64,000 nucleotides of DNA from Oscillospiraceae bacterium. GTDB taxonomy: Bacteria > Bacillota > Clostridia > Oscillospirales > Oscillospiraceae. Each line of letters opens with the position of its first letter. Positions within the stretch are counted from its first letter, which is position 1. Under the pieces are notes generated by a model. That model did not search any database. It was not told the DNA's origin and worked only from the letters and a program-made list of their open reading frames with translations. Both the position numbers and the translations under genes were made by a program. The stretch is taken from positions 21,139-85,138 of the forward strand of contig CACYOR010000002.1 in the NCBI GenBank assembly GCA_902775985.1, written 5' to 3'. Shown here piece by piece: positions 35,017 through 45,625 of this stretch.

Positions 35017-35865
35017 TCAGTTGTCCAGCGTGACTTCAATGGCGCTGGCACTGGCGGCGATTTCCAGAGCTTCCTGATACCAGGTGTCGTAGTAACCGGC
35101 GTCATAGGCCTTGGCCAGGGCGGCGTTGATCGCGTCAAGCAGTTCCTTCTCGCCCTTGTGGATCAGGATCACGTTCGCCTCAAACTCCTCGGCGACCTCA
35201 AACTCCCAGCTGCACTTGACCAGTCCGGGGTGGTTGGCAATGATCTGGGTGCCGTTGCCGTCGGCCACCGCCAGGGCTTCGATGTTGCCGGCCTCCAGCT
35301 CCATCACGCCGACGCCGATCTCACCGATCGTGACAGCCTTGGCATTGGGAAGCTGAGAGGTGACCAGATCCATCTGCAGGGAGGCGTTCTGGGCGCCTAC
35401 GGAGACGCCGTCGAAGTCTTCCGCCTTGGTGTATTTCTCCGCGTCCTCAGCACGGATCAGGATGACCTGCTCGGTCTCGTTGTCGCCGGCATAGTAGTAA
35501 TCGGACAGCTCGTAGTTCTCGGCACGGGTCTCGGTCCAGCTGTAGCCGGAGATGGAGACGGGGATGTTGCCGGAGGAGACAGCCGTCTGGCAAGCGTCGA
35601 AGCTCATGGCCTGAATGTCCAGCGTCACGCCCAGCTCCTCGGCCAGGTATTTGGCCAGGCTCACGTCAAAGCCCACATAGGACTGCTGGCCTTCCTTGGA
35701 GGAGTCCACAAACTCCATGGGGCTGAAGTCGGGGGAAAGGGCAACGGTCAGGACGCCGCTCTTCTTGATTTCGTTCAAAGCCTGGTTTTCTTTCGGCGCA
35801 GAGCCGCAGGCAGCCAGTGCGAGAATCATGACCAGCGCAAGCGCCAAGCAAACGATCTTTTTCAT
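35017..35865 (-). CDS. amino-acid ABC transporter substrate-binding lipoprotein (family 3)
   Basis: start MKKIVCLALALVMILALAACGS (lipobox) with GTGAGGA SD; PBP type-2 family-3 layout. Confidence 0.88.
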   Translation of the reverse strand: MKKIVCLALALVMILALAACGSAPKENQALNEIKKSGVLTVALSPDFSPMEFVDSSKEGQQSYVGFDVSLAKYLAEELGVTLDIQAMSFDACQTAVSSGNIPVSISGYSWTETRAENYELSDYYYAGDNETEQVILIRAEDAEKYTKAEDFDGVSVGAQNASLQMDLVTSQLPNAKAVTIGEIGVGVMELEAGNIEALAVADGNGTQIIANHPGLVKCSWEFEVAEEFEANVILIHKGEKELLDAINAALAKAYDAGYYDTWYQEALEIAASASAIEVTLDN

Positions 35866-35918
35866 TTTTATGTCCTCACTTTCGTCAACTTGAATAAATA
35901 TTCGTTGGAACGATTGTG

Positions 35919-35947
35919 ATAATAGCACTAAGGGCTTCACTTGTCAA
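35919..35947 (-). promoter_or_regulatory. promoter of amino-acid ABC operon (TTGACA, 17 bp, TATTAT)
   Basis: hexamers on minus strand in AT-rich spacer. Confidence 0.55.
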
Positions 35948-36034
35948 TAGCTTTTTTGAAAAAATATTCTATTTTTTCTTTTTTTATTCTTGTTTATTCA
36001 TTTTTCGGAGAGTATTCACAAATACGCCGAATAT

Positions 36035-36850
36035 TTAATGAATATTCCGCGCTTTATGCAAGGAAAAAATGGAAAATACCAGAAGATTGGCCAGCACGAT
36101 GCTCGCCCCCGTGGGGGTCTCCAGGAAGTAAGAGGCGATCAAGCCCACCAGGAAGCAGCCCACGGAGATGCAGGCGGCGCAGAGCACCACGCTGCGGAAG
36201 CTCTTGCAGACGCGCATGGCGGAGAGGGCCGGGAAGATGATGAGGCTGGAGATGAGCAGGGCGCCCATCATCCGCATGCCGAGCACCACGGTCACCGCCG
36301 TGAGCACAGCGAGGAGCGTATTATAGAGCTCCGTCCGGGTGCCGGTGGCCTTGGAGAAGGTCTCATCAAAGGTCACGGCAAAAAGGCGGGGATAAAACAG
36401 CACGAACAGCAGCAGCACCCCCAGCGACAGCAGCACGCTCAAAATCGCATCCGAGCGGCTCAGAGACAGGACGCTGCCGAACATATAGCTGGAGACCTCG
36501 GTATTCATGCCGGTGGTGACCGAGACGCTGACCACGCCGATGGCCAGGGCGCTGGAGGAGATGAGAGCGATCATGGCGTCACCCTTGATACGGCTGGACT
36601 GGCTCAGCCGGAGCAGCAGCACCGCCGCCAGCATCACCACCGGGATCGCCACGGCCAGCGGCGCCAGATGCAGCGCCGAGGCGATGGCCAGCGCGCCGAA
36701 GCCCACATGGCTCAGCCCATCGCCGATCATGGAATAGCGCTTGAGCACCAGGGAGACGCCCAGCAGGGCCGCACAGAGACTCACCAGCACGCCCACGATC
36801 AGGGCGCGCTGCATAAAGTGGTAGGAAAACATCGCCAGAATTTCACTCAT
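36035..36850 (-). CDS. znuB: metal ABC transporter permease (ABC-3 / ZnuB-TroD family)
   Basis: 271 aa, about 8 TM helices, ABC-3 family sequence; ATGA overlap with ATPase gene. Confidence 0.88.
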   Translation of the reverse strand: MSEILAMFSYHFMQRALIVGVLVSLCAALLGVSLVLKRYSMIGDGLSHVGFGALAIASALHLAPLAVAIPVVMLAAVLLLRLSQSSRIKGDAMIALISSSALAIGVVSVSVTTGMNTEVSSYMFGSVLSLSRSDAILSVLLSLGVLLLFVLFYPRLFAVTFDETFSKATGTRTELYNTLLAVLTAVTVVLGMRMMGALLISSLIIFPALSAMRVCKSFRSVVLCAACISVGCFLVGLIASYFLETPTGASIVLANLLVFSIFSLHKARNIH

Positions 36851-37554
36851 AGCCGGTTCCCTCCCAAGAAGCGCCGGGCCTGCGTACTCTCCCGGTACGC
36901 GGCAGCCGTGCCGAAATAGAGCTGCCGCTGCCCCAGATGCAGGATATGGGTCGCATAGCGCACCGCCGCGTGGATATCGTGGGAGACCATGATCACTGTG
37001 ATATTGTCGCAGAGGTTTACCAGCTTAATAAGGTTATACATCTCCCCTGTTGCGATGGGATCCAGCCCGGTGACCGGCTCATCCAGCAGCAGCAGCTTTT
37101 TCGTGGCGCAAAGAGCCCGGGCCAGCAGCACACGCTGCTGCTGGCCGCCGGAGAGATCCTGATAGCTGCGCTCTTTCAGGTCCTCAATGCCCATGCGCTC
37201 CATGTTCATGTCCGCGCGGGCGCGATCCTCCGCGTTGTAGTGGAGCCGGCGTCCCAGGGAATTGAGGCAGCCCGAGAGCACCACCTCCCGGACGCTGGCC
37301 GGGAAATCCCGCTGCAGTTGGGTCTGCTGGGGCAGGTAGCCGATCTCGGTGGCCTTGAGGCCCTCGCCGAAAATGATGCTGCCGCCGTCCGGCGCTTTCA
37401 GGCCCAGAAGCCCCTTGATCAGGGTGGACTTGCCGGAGCCGTTTTCCCCCACCACACAGAGATAGTCCCCGGCGGAGAGGGAAAAATTCACACCCTCCAG
37501 CACGGTTTTTCCGTCGTAAGCAAAGCTCAGATCCTTTGCCGTCAAAATCGCCAT
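36847..37554 (-). CDS. znuC: metal ABC transporter ATP-binding protein
   Basis: Walker A GENGSGKST, LSGGQQQRVLLARAL, LLLDEP. Confidence 0.9.
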   Translation of the reverse strand: MAILTAKDLSFAYDGKTVLEGVNFSLSAGDYLCVVGENGSGKSTLIKGLLGLKAPDGGSIIFGEGLKATEIGYLPQQTQLQRDFPASVREVVLSGCLNSLGRRLHYNAEDRARADMNMERMGIEDLKERSYQDLSGGQQQRVLLARALCATKKLLLLDEPVTGLDPIATGEMYNLIKLVNLCDNITVIMVSHDIHAAVRYATHILHLGQRQLYFGTAAAYRESTQARRFLGGNRL

Positions 37555-38495
37555 TATGCCAATGCCTCCCGCAGGCTCTCCACATTGCCCAACATCAATT
37601 CATAATAACTGATACCGGCTTTCAGCTGATCCGCTGTCACATTGTGACAGGAGTGGAACAGCAGCTTTTTGCAGCCCGTATCCTCGCAGATCACGTCCGC
37701 CATCTTCTCGTTGGAAAACTCGATATAGAATACCGCCGGGATCTGTTCCTCCCGCACCCGGTCGATCAGAAAGGCCACCGTGCCCGCCGCGGGCTCCGTA
37801 TCCTCGGCACAGCCGGGGAAGGCGGCGAAATAGTCCAGACCGTATTCCTCCACAAAATAGCGCACCGGGAAACGGTCGGCAAAGATCACCGTACTGTGAC
37901 TGCCCTGCTCCACGACCGCACGGAACGCCGCGTCCAGTTCTGCCAACTTTTCACAGTAGGCCTCGCAGTTAGCCCGATATAGGTCTCCGTGCTCCTCATC
38001 CCGGTCCGCCAGCGCTTCTGCAATGGCGCGGCAGATTCGCTGGGCGTTCACCGGTGAGGTCCAGACGTGCTCGTCGTACTCGGTCTCGTCTTCTTCGCCC
38101 TCTTCCTCTGTCTCCTGCATGCCCTCCTTGATCTCCTCTTCCAAGGCGTCCACGCATTCGAGCATCACAAGGCTGGGGATCTCCGTCTCCTGTCCGGCCA
38201 GCAGCGTTTCCAGCCAGACCTCGGATTCGCCCCCGTTGCAGATCAGCAGATCGCAGCTCTGGATCCGCCGCATATCCTGGGCGGTCGGTTCAAAGCTGTG
38301 GGTCTCCGCCCCGGGTGGGACCAACAGCGTCACCTTGGCCTGATCCCCCGCCACCTGACGGGCAAAATCGTAGGCCGGGAACACCGTGGTCACGATACTA
38401 AGCCTTCCGTCCTGCCCTTCCGGTTCCCGCTCTCCGCAGGCGCAGAGGGACAGGGCAAGCGCTGCCGCAACTATCAAAATAAATAATCGTTTCAT
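37554..38495 (-). CDS. znuA: metal (zinc-type) ABC transporter substrate-binding lipoprotein
   Basis: start MKRLFILIVAAALALSLCACG (lipobox); cluster-9 SBP with acidic loop MQETEEEGEEDETEYDEH as in ZnuA; TAATG junction with ATPase gene. Confidence 0.85.
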   Translation of the reverse strand: MKRLFILIVAAALALSLCACGEREPEGQDGRLSIVTTVFPAYDFARQVAGDQAKVTLLVPPGAETHSFEPTAQDMRRIQSCDLLICNGGESEVWLETLLAGQETEIPSLVMLECVDALEEEIKEGMQETEEEGEEDETEYDEHVWTSPVNAQRICRAIAEALADRDEEHGDLYRANCEAYCEKLAELDAAFRAVVEQGSHSTVIFADRFPVRYFVEEYGLDYFAAFPGCAEDTEPAAGTVAFLIDRVREEQIPAVFYIEFSNEKMADVICEDTGCKKLLFHSCHNVTADQLKAGISYYELMLGNVESLREALA

Positions 38496-38520
38496 AAGCA
38501 CCCTACTTTCCTGACTATAC

Positions 38521-38549
38521 ACTATACCGTAAAGTTTTCGCCCGGTCAA
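38521..38549 (-). promoter_or_regulatory. promoter of metal ABC operon (TTGACC, 17 bp, TATAGT; second TATAGT 1 nt downstream)
   Basis: hexamers on minus strand; tandem TATAGTGTATAGT. Confidence 0.5.
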
Positions 38550-38613
38550 GCCGGGCTTTTCATCGCTGCACGTCTATGCTATACTGAATAAAACTTTTTT
38601 GGAGGGACTTTAG

Positions 38614-39189
38614 ATGAAGATCTGCATCTACGGTGCATCCAGCAACCGGCTTGAGCCACGGTATTACGAGGACGCGAGGCGCTTCGGCACCCTGCTGGCC
38701 GAGGGCGGCCACAGCCTGATCTTTGGCGGCGGGGCCGGCGGTCTGATGGGTGCCTGCGCCGAAGGGGCCTCCGGCGCGGAGATCATCGGCGTGGCGCCCC
38801 GTTTTTTTGACGAGCCTGGTATTCTCTACCCGGGCTGCACCCGCATGATCTATACCGAGACGATGCGGGAGCGGAAAGCCATCATGGAGGAGGAAGCCGA
38901 GGCCTTCGTGGTGCTGCCCGGCGGGATCGGCACCTTTGAGGAATTCTTCGAGACCCTCACCCTCAAGCAGCTGGGCCGGCATGACAAGCCCATCGCCCTG
39001 CTCAATACCCTGGGCTGCTACGACGCCATGCAGGAGCTGCTGCGCCGTTCGGCCGAGACGGGCTTCATGAGCGCAAACTGCCTGAAGCTCTACGCCCTCT
39101 GCGACAGTCCCGCCGCGGCGCTGGACTATGTGGAAAATGCCGATCGTTTAACCGGCGGCATTTCCCGTCTTGAAGACTATGCCAAATAA
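38614..39189 (+). CDS. LOG family / TIGR00730 Rossmann-fold nucleotide-binding protein
   Basis: 191 aa; GGGAGGLMG and PGGIGTFEE (PGGxGTxxE) motifs. Confidence 0.88.
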   Translation: MKICIYGASSNRLEPRYYEDARRFGTLLAEGGHSLIFGGGAGGLMGACAEGASGAEIIGVAPRFFDEPGILYPGCTRMIYTETMRERKAIMEEEAEAFVVLPGGIGTFEEFFETLTLKQLGRHDKPIALLNTLGCYDAMQELLRRSAETGFMSANCLKLYALCDSPAAALDYVENADRLTGGISRLEDYAK

Positions 39190-39197
39190 GCGTTTTG

Positions 39198-39225
39198 ACT
39201 CCCGCTCAAAAGCGGGAGTTTTCGT
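39198..39225 (+). terminator. intrinsic terminator
   Basis: ACTCCCGC/GCGGGAGT stem then TTTTCG. Confidence 0.75.
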
Positions 39226-39334
39226 ATGTTGTGGGAAGATCGCCACTTTTTCCCCTCTGGCTCTTGAATTGCCTGCCCGCTTTTGATAATATAGTATATT
39301 ATAAAATAAAGTAGTTAAGGATTCAGAGAGAGAA

Positions 39335-41350
39335 ATGAAGTCAAAGGAATGGAAAATCCCATATTCCCGTCCCTTTGTTCCGGAATCGTTGACCCGGGCC
39401 GGCTGCGGTCCCCTGCTGGCGGCGGTGTTATCGCTGCGGGGCGTGTCCAATCCCCGGGAGGCCAAGGCCCTGTTGGAGGGCGGGCCGGAGCTGCTGCACG
39501 ATCCGCTGCAGATGCTGGGGATGGATGTGGCCTGTGCCCGCGTGCGGCAGGCCATCGCCCGGGGAGAGACGGTCGCCGTCTATGGCGACTACGATGTGGA
39601 CGGCATCACCGCCACCTGTCTGGTGACGGACTATCTGCGCGGTAAAGGGCTGACCTGTCATCCCTATATCCCCGACCGGAACGAAGAGGGCTATGGCCTC
39701 AACTGCAGCGCGCTGGATGCTCTCCGGGAGGAGGGCGTGAGCCTGCTCATCAGTGTGGACTGCGGGATCACCGCCGTGGAGGAGAGCGAGCACGGCCGGG
39801 AACTGGGCATGGATGTGCTCATCACGGACCACCATGAGTGCAAGGAGGGCGAACTGCCCGACGCGGTGGCCGTGGTGGACTGCAAACAGCCCGGGGACTG
39901 CTATCCCAATCCCTATCTGGCCGGTGTGGGCGTGGCGCTGAAGCTGGTCAGCGCAGTGGAGGGCGATGGACCGGCCATGCTGGAGCGCTATGCCGATCTG
40001 GTGGCGGTCGGTACGATCGCCGACGTCATGCCCCTCATCGGGGAGAATCGCTATCTGGTTCAGCGCGGCCTGGACAAGCTGGTACACGATCCCCTGCCCG
40101 GCTTTGCCGCCATGATCCGAGAGGCCGGCGTCGATCCCCAGCGGCTCTCTGCCTCTGCCATCGGCTTCAGCCTGGCCCCGCGTCTCAACGCCGCCGGCCG
40201 TCTCGGCCAGGCGGGAAAAGCCGCGGAGCTGCTCATGTGTACGGATGCGCAGCAGGCCACTGCCCTGGCCTCCGAACTCTGTGCTCTCAATCGCGAGCGC
40301 CAGAACATCGAGACCGAGATCTGGCAGGAGGCGCAGCAGATGCTGCAGGGCCAGACGCCCACCGCCCCCATCGTGCTGGCCAGCGACCGCTGGCACCAGG
40401 GCGTTATCGGCATTGCCGCCTCTCGCCTCGCCGAGCAGTTTTCTCTGCCGGCAATCATGATCTGCCTCAGCGGTGAACAGGGCAAAGGCTCTTGCCGCAG
40501 CTATGGCGGCTTCAATCTCTTTGAGGCGCTCTCCGCCTGTTCTGAACACCTGATCGGTTTTGGGGGTCACGCCCTCGCCGCCGGTCTCAACATCCGCAGC
40601 GACAAGCTGGAGGATTTCCGGGCGGCCCTCACCGCCTATTACGAGGAAAACAAACCCGCCGCGCAGCCGGAGGTCGCCTGTGATCTGCTGCTGCGTGACC
40701 CGAATCTTCTCAGCATCGCTAACGTGCGGGAGCTGGAACGGCTGGAGCCCTACGGCAATGCCAATCCCAAGCCCGTTTTCTGCCTGTCGAATGTGCTGCT
40801 GGAGAGTGCCGACACTGTGGGCAACGGCCGGCACTGGCGGGTACGGCTGCGCCTTGGGCACAAGCTGCTGGAGGGTATTTTCTTCGGCCACACCGGTGAG
40901 GAGTTGGGCATCCGCGCTCTCGACCGGGTGGACGTGGCCTTCAGTCCGCAGATCAATGAATTCCGCGGGCATGTCTCCGTACAGCTGCTGCTCAGCGCCG
41001 TGCGGCTCCACGATCCGTCGGAGCTCTGCCGTCGGATTCTGGACGGTGAGACGCAGATCCGCTGGGCCGCCGCGGACTATTGCCCGGATCGGGGCGACTT
41101 TATCCGGCTCTGGCGCACCTTCCGAGGGCGGATCGCCCTGCCGGATACCGCCGAGGAAATCCTTCGGCTTTGCCCGGGCGATATGGAGCCGGAGCGCTAT
41201 TGTCTCTGTCTGATGACCTGGCTGGAGGCCGGTCTCCTGCAGAGCGAAAACGGAAACATCTACGGCGCAAAAAGCGCTGTGCTGGATAAAAAGGTGGATC
41301 TGGAAGCCACCGGTCTGCTCCAGGCGCTCCACACCTGGGAGCTCAACTGA
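39335..41350 (+). CDS. recJ: single-stranded-DNA-specific exonuclease RecJ
   Basis: 671 aa; DHH family motifs VYGDYDVDGIT, SVDCG, ITDHHEC, DHHA1 GFGGHALAAG. Confidence 0.92.
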   Translation: MKSKEWKIPYSRPFVPESLTRAGCGPLLAAVLSLRGVSNPREAKALLEGGPELLHDPLQMLGMDVACARVRQAIARGETVAVYGDYDVDGITATCLVTDYLRGKGLTCHPYIPDRNEEGYGLNCSALDALREEGVSLLISVDCGITAVEESEHGRELGMDVLITDHHECKEGELPDAVAVVDCKQPGDCYPNPYLAGVGVALKLVSAVEGDGPAMLERYADLVAVGTIADVMPLIGENRYLVQRGLDKLVHDPLPGFAAMIREAGVDPQRLSASAIGFSLAPRLNAAGRLGQAGKAAELLMCTDAQQATALASELCALNRERQNIETEIWQEAQQMLQGQTPTAPIVLASDRWHQGVIGIAASRLAEQFSLPAIMICLSGEQGKGSCRSYGGFNLFEALSACSEHLIGFGGHALAAGLNIRSDKLEDFRAALTAYYEENKPAAQPEVACDLLLRDPNLLSIANVRELERLEPYGNANPKPVFCLSNVLLESADTVGNGRHWRVRLRLGHKLLEGIFFGHTGEELGIRALDRVDVAFSPQINEFRGHVSVQLLLSAVRLHDPSELCRRILDGETQIRWAAADYCPDRGDFIRLWRTFRGRIALPDTAEEILRLCPGDMEPERYCLCLMTWLEAGLLQSENGNIYGAKSAVLDKKVDLEATGLLQALHTWELN

Positions 41351-41367
41351 GAAAGGGGGACATCCGA

Positions 41368-43614
41368 ATGGAAGAGAACCGACAGCCGCATATGCTTCTC
41401 GACCCGGATCAGATGTACTCCGAGCTGGAGAAGAAAATCGCTGCCACCGGACACGACTTCGATCTCAAGCGCATCCGCGCGGCCTACGAGATGGCCCGCG
41501 CCGCCCATGAGGGGCAAAAGCGCAAGGACGGTTCCCCCTATGTGACCCACTGTGTGGCCGCGGCCGACATCTCCGTGGACATGGGTCTGGATGAAGACTC
41601 CATCGTGGCCGCCCTGCTGCACGACGTGATCGAGGACACGACGCTGACCCATGCGGACATCGCCCGGGATTTCGGCGACGCGGTGGCGGATATCGTCGAG
41701 GGCGTCACCAAGCTGACGCGCGTGCAGTACACCAGCAAGGAAGACGAGCAGATGGAGAACCTGCGCAAGATGCTCATGGCCATGGCCAAGGACATCCGCG
41801 TCATTCTCATCAAGATCGCCGACCGGCTGCACAATATGCGTACCATGGATTATCAGACGCCGGAAAAGCAGCGTTCCAAATCTCTGGAGACTATGGAGAT
41901 CTACGCGCCCATTGCCCACCGCCTCGGCATTCAGAAGGTGAAGTGGGAACTGGAAGACCTCTCCCTGCAGTATCTGGATCCGGCCGGCTACAAGGAGATT
42001 GCCGATTCCCTGCGCGACCGCATGCCGCAGCTGGAGCGCTTCATGAAAAACATGGAGGAGAAGATCCAGACGCAGCTGAAATCCGAGGGCATTGAGGCCA
42101 CGGTCTATTACCGCATCAAGCACATCTACAGCATCTATCGGAAGATGTACGCCCAGAAGCTGAATATCTCCGGCATCTTCGACCTCTGCGCTTTCCGCGT
42201 CATTGTGGATACGATCCCCGACTGCTATAACGTCCTCGGTCTGATCCACTACATGTTCAAACCTGTTCCCGGGCGCTTTAAGGACTACATCTCCACCCCC
42301 AAGCCCAACATGTACCAGAGCGTGCATACCACGGTCATCGGTTCCGAGGGCATCCCCTTTGAGGTGCAGATCCGCACCTGGGACATGCACCATACGGCCG
42401 AATATGGCATCGCCGCCCATTGGAAATACAAGATGGGCGACGGCGCCTCCACCGTGCGCGGCGGCGATGAGGAGAAGTTTGCTTGGGTGCGCATGCTGTT
42501 GGAGAGCCAGCAGGAATCCGACGCGCAGGACTTCTTCCACGATTTGAAGATCGATATGTTCGCCGACGAGGTGTTCGTCTTCTCCCCCAAGGGCGACGTG
42601 ATCAACCTGCCCGCCGGCGCCACCCCCATCGACTTTGCCTACAGCATCCATTCCGATGTGGGCAACCACATGGTCGGTGCCAAGGTCAACGGCCGCATCG
42701 TCACCTATGACTACGCGCTGCAAAATGGCGACATTGTGGAGATCCGCACCTCCAAGTCTGCTCCCGGCCCCAGCCGCGACTGGCTCAACATGGTCAAGAG
42801 CGGCTCGGCCCGCACCAAGATCAAGCAGTGGTACAAGAAAGAGCGCCGGGAGGAGAATGTGATCCGCGGGCGTGAGATGCTGGAGGATGAACTCCGGCAC
42901 ATGGGCCTCACTCTGGACGACGTGCTGGATGAGGAGATCATCGCCCCCATCCTCAAGCGCCTCTGCTTCGCCACGTTGGACGATCTCTATGCCGCCATCG
43001 GCTACAACGGCATCGCCGTGGCCCGCGCGGCCAACCGCATGCGGGACGAGGTCAAAGCCCGCAGCGAGCGCAACGAGAAAAAGACCGTTCTGGACAAGGT
43101 CTCCGCCGCGGCTGACCGGCGCGAGCAGAACGCCAAGAAAGAGGTTAAGCCCGTCCAGGGTGTTCTGGTGGAGGGGCTGGACAACTGCCTGATCAAGTTC
43201 TCCCGCTGCTGCACCCCCGTGCCGGGGGATGATATCATCGGCTTCATCACCCGCGGGCAAGGCGTCTCCATCCACCGCAAGGACTGCCCCAACTACCAGC
43301 AGCGCAGCCATGAGCCACAGAACGAGGGCCGCTGGATCCGTGTGGCCTGGGCCAAGGAGATCACCGAGAGCTATGTCACCTCCGTCTCCATCGCCTCCAA
43401 GGACCGCAGCGGACTGGTCATGGATATCGCCACGGTGCTCAATGCGCTCAACGCCAAGGTGCGCACCCTGACCTCCCGGGACATCGGAGGCGGATTGGCG
43501 CTCACCAACATCTCGCTGGAGGTCAAGAACGCGGGCGAGTTGCGCTACGTGATGAACCGCCTCAGCGCGATCCCCGGCGTGAGCAGTGTGACAAGAAGCG
43601 GAGAGAAGAAATGA
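41368..43614 (+). CDS. relA: bifunctional (p)ppGpp synthetase/hydrolase
   Basis: 748 aa; HD domain (LLHDVIEDT), RelA/SpoT synthetase (YRSLHT-like YQSVHTTV), TGS and ACT domains. Confidence 0.95.
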   Translation: MEENRQPHMLLDPDQMYSELEKKIAATGHDFDLKRIRAAYEMARAAHEGQKRKDGSPYVTHCVAAADISVDMGLDEDSIVAALLHDVIEDTTLTHADIARDFGDAVADIVEGVTKLTRVQYTSKEDEQMENLRKMLMAMAKDIRVILIKIADRLHNMRTMDYQTPEKQRSKSLETMEIYAPIAHRLGIQKVKWELEDLSLQYLDPAGYKEIADSLRDRMPQLERFMKNMEEKIQTQLKSEGIEATVYYRIKHIYSIYRKMYAQKLNISGIFDLCAFRVIVDTIPDCYNVLGLIHYMFKPVPGRFKDYISTPKPNMYQSVHTTVIGSEGIPFEVQIRTWDMHHTAEYGIAAHWKYKMGDGASTVRGGDEEKFAWVRMLLESQQESDAQDFFHDLKIDMFADEVFVFSPKGDVINLPAGATPIDFAYSIHSDVGNHMVGAKVNGRIVTYDYALQNGDIVEIRTSKSAPGPSRDWLNMVKSGSARTKIKQWYKKERREENVIRGREMLEDELRHMGLTLDDVLDEEIIAPILKRLCFATLDDLYAAIGYNGIAVARAANRMRDEVKARSERNEKKTVLDKVSAAADRREQNAKKEVKPVQGVLVEGLDNCLIKFSRCCTPVPGDDIIGFITRGQGVSIHRKDCPNYQQRSHEPQNEGRWIRVAWAKEITESYVTSVSIASKDRSGLVMDIATVLNALNAKVRTLTSRDIGGGLALTNISLEVKNAGELRYVMNRLSAIPGVSSVTRSGEKK

Positions 43615-44054
43615 GAGCTGTTGTTACCCGTGTAAAAAACGCCTCCGTCCTCATCAAGGGGCGGGAACCCGCCGCCATCGGCAAGGGCTTTCTGGTCCTG
43701 CTGGGCGTCCATGAGGAGGACACCGAGGCCGAGGCCCGGAAGATTGCGGACAAGCTCTGCGGTCTGCGGGTGTTTGAAGATGAAAACGGCAAAATGAACG
43801 TGAACCCCCACGACGCGGGGGCAGAGCTGCTGATCATCAGCCAGTTCACGCTCTTTGCCGACTGCCGTTCCCGCCGGCCCGGTTTCTCCCACGCCGCACG
43901 GCCGGAGAAGGCCATCCCGCTCTATGAGCTGGTGATCGCCCTCTGCCGGGAACAGGGCTTTACCGTCCGCACCGGCGAATTCGGCGCGGACATGCAGGTG
44001 CTGAGCCAGAATGACGGCCCGGTCACTATACTTTTGGACACGAAGGAGCTGTAA
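43611..44054 (+). CDS. dtd: D-aminoacyl-tRNA deacylase
   Basis: 147 aa; MRAVVTRV..., SQFTLFAD, NDGPVT motifs; ATGA overlap with relA. Confidence 0.95.
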   Translation: MRAVVTRVKNASVLIKGREPAAIGKGFLVLLGVHEEDTEAEARKIADKLCGLRVFEDENGKMNVNPHDAGAELLIISQFTLFADCRSRRPGFSHAARPEKAIPLYELVIALCREQGFTVRTGEFGADMQVLSQNDGPVTILLDTKEL

Positions 44055-44059
44055 AAGCC

Positions 44060-44674
44060 ATGCTGATCAAAACGCTGCCAGTCGGCCAGCTGGAGACCAA
44101 CTGCTATGTGGTCACCAACGAAGAGACGCTGCAATGCGTTGTCATTGACCCCGGCGATGAGAGCAACACCATCCTCGACTATCTGGAGGATAACCGGCTT
44201 CACTGCGAGGCCATTCTCCTGACCCACGGCCACTACGACCATGTCGGTGCGGTGGAAGGGGTCCAGGAGGAGACGGGTGCCGTCGTCTACATGCATCAGG
44301 AGGACGACCGCCGTATCCGTGGGGACTATCACTTCCCCTTCTCTCTTCCCCAGAATGGGAAATACTACAAGGACGGCGATCAGCTGGAACTGGCTGGGCT
44401 GTGCTTTGACGTGATCGGCACCCCCGGCCACACTCCCGGCGGCGTGACCCTGCGCTGCGAGAACGCCCTCTTCACCGGCGACACGCTCTTTCGCGGAAGC
44501 TGCGGACGGGTGGATCTGCCCGGCGGCGATATGGACGAAGAGCTCGCCTCCCTGCGCAAAATCTGTTCCCTGCCCGGGGAATACGAGGTCTACCCCGGCC
44601 ATATGGACTCCAGCACCCTGGGACGGGAGCGGATGTTCAACTATTACTGCAGAGCTGCAATGTCGTCAAAATAA
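44060..44674 (+). CDS. MBL-fold metallo-hydrolase
   Basis: 204 aa; THGHYDHVG (HxHxDH) motif; conserved position after dtd. Confidence 0.88.
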   Translation: MLIKTLPVGQLETNCYVVTNEETLQCVVIDPGDESNTILDYLEDNRLHCEAILLTHGHYDHVGAVEGVQEETGAVVYMHQEDDRRIRGDYHFPFSLPQNGKYYKDGDQLELAGLCFDVIGTPGHTPGGVTLRCENALFTGDTLFRGSCGRVDLPGGDMDEELASLRKICSLPGEYEVYPGHMDSSTLGRERMFNYYCRAAMSSK

Positions 44675-44704
44675 TGCCTTCTCGGGCAATTAAAAGGAGA
44701 GACT

Positions 44705-45610
44705 ATGGAACCGACACTTGTTATTCTGGCTGCCGGGATGGGCAGCCGCTTCGGCGGTCTCAAGCAGATCACGCCGGTGGATCCCTATGGCCACGCCATC
44801 ATCGACTTTTCCCTCTATGACGCCTACCGCGCCGGTTTTCGCAAGGTGGCCTTCATCATCAAGCACGAGATCGAAGCGGATTTCAAGGCCGCCGTCGGCA
44901 AGCGGATGGAGAAGTACTTCGATGTAAAATACGTCTTTCAGCAGCTGGATAAGCTGCCCGAGGGTTATTCCGTCCCCGCGTGTCGCGTCAAGCCCTGGGG
45001 CACCGGCCACGCCGTACTCTGCGCCAAGGATGTGATCGACGGCCCCTTCGCCGTCATCAACGCGGATGACTTCTACGGCCCTTCCGCCTATCAGGCCCTG
45101 TACGATTTTCTCTCCTCCGAGGGGCCGGAGAACGAGCACGCCATGGTAGGCTATCTGCTGCGCAATACGGTCACCGAGCACGGCACCGTCGCTCGCGGCA
45201 TCTGCCAGGTGGAAAACGGCCTGCTGACCGGCGTGGTGGAGCGCACCAAGATCAAGAAGGACGGCGTGGATGCCGCCTATACCGAGGACGGAGAAACCTG
45301 GATCCCCCTTTCCGGGGAGAGCGTAGTTTCCATGAACTTCTGGGGCTTCCGACATAGTATGCTGGAGGAGCTGGAAAAGCGCTTTCCTGCCTGGCTGGAC
45401 GAGAATCTTCCCGTCAATCCTGAAAAATGTGAATACTTCCTGCCCCTGGTAGCCAATGCCCTCATCCAGGAGAACGAGGGTTCCATCCAGGTTCTCAACT
45501 GCCATGAGACCTGGCACGGCATCACCTACCGGGAGGACATGGACAGCGTGGTCAATTATATCGCCTCCCTGCGCGGGCAGGGTGTCTATCCCGAAGCTTT
45601 ACTGGATTAA
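44705..45610 (+). CDS. sugar-phosphate nucleotidyltransferase
   Basis: 301 aa; LAAGMGSRFGGLKQ (GxGxRxxxxxK) signature; SD AAAGGAG. Confidence 0.8.
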   Translation: MEPTLVILAAGMGSRFGGLKQITPVDPYGHAIIDFSLYDAYRAGFRKVAFIIKHEIEADFKAAVGKRMEKYFDVKYVFQQLDKLPEGYSVPACRVKPWGTGHAVLCAKDVIDGPFAVINADDFYGPSAYQALYDFLSSEGPENEHAMVGYLLRNTVTEHGTVARGICQVENGLLTGVVERTKIKKDGVDAAYTEDGETWIPLSGESVVSMNFWGFRHSMLEELEKRFPAWLDENLPVNPEKCEYFLPLVANALIQENEGSIQVLNCHETWHGITYREDMDSVVNYIASLRGQGVYPEALLD

Positions 45611-45625
45611 GAGGAGGAAACGAAA

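Noticed and set aside
36020-36050. An imperfect AT-rich palindrome (CCGAATATTTAATGAATATTCCG) considered as a Zur operator.
   Set aside because: It overlaps the stop codon at the 3' end of the metal ABC operon, not its promoter, and the arms are imperfect. It is probably incidental or part of a weak terminator.
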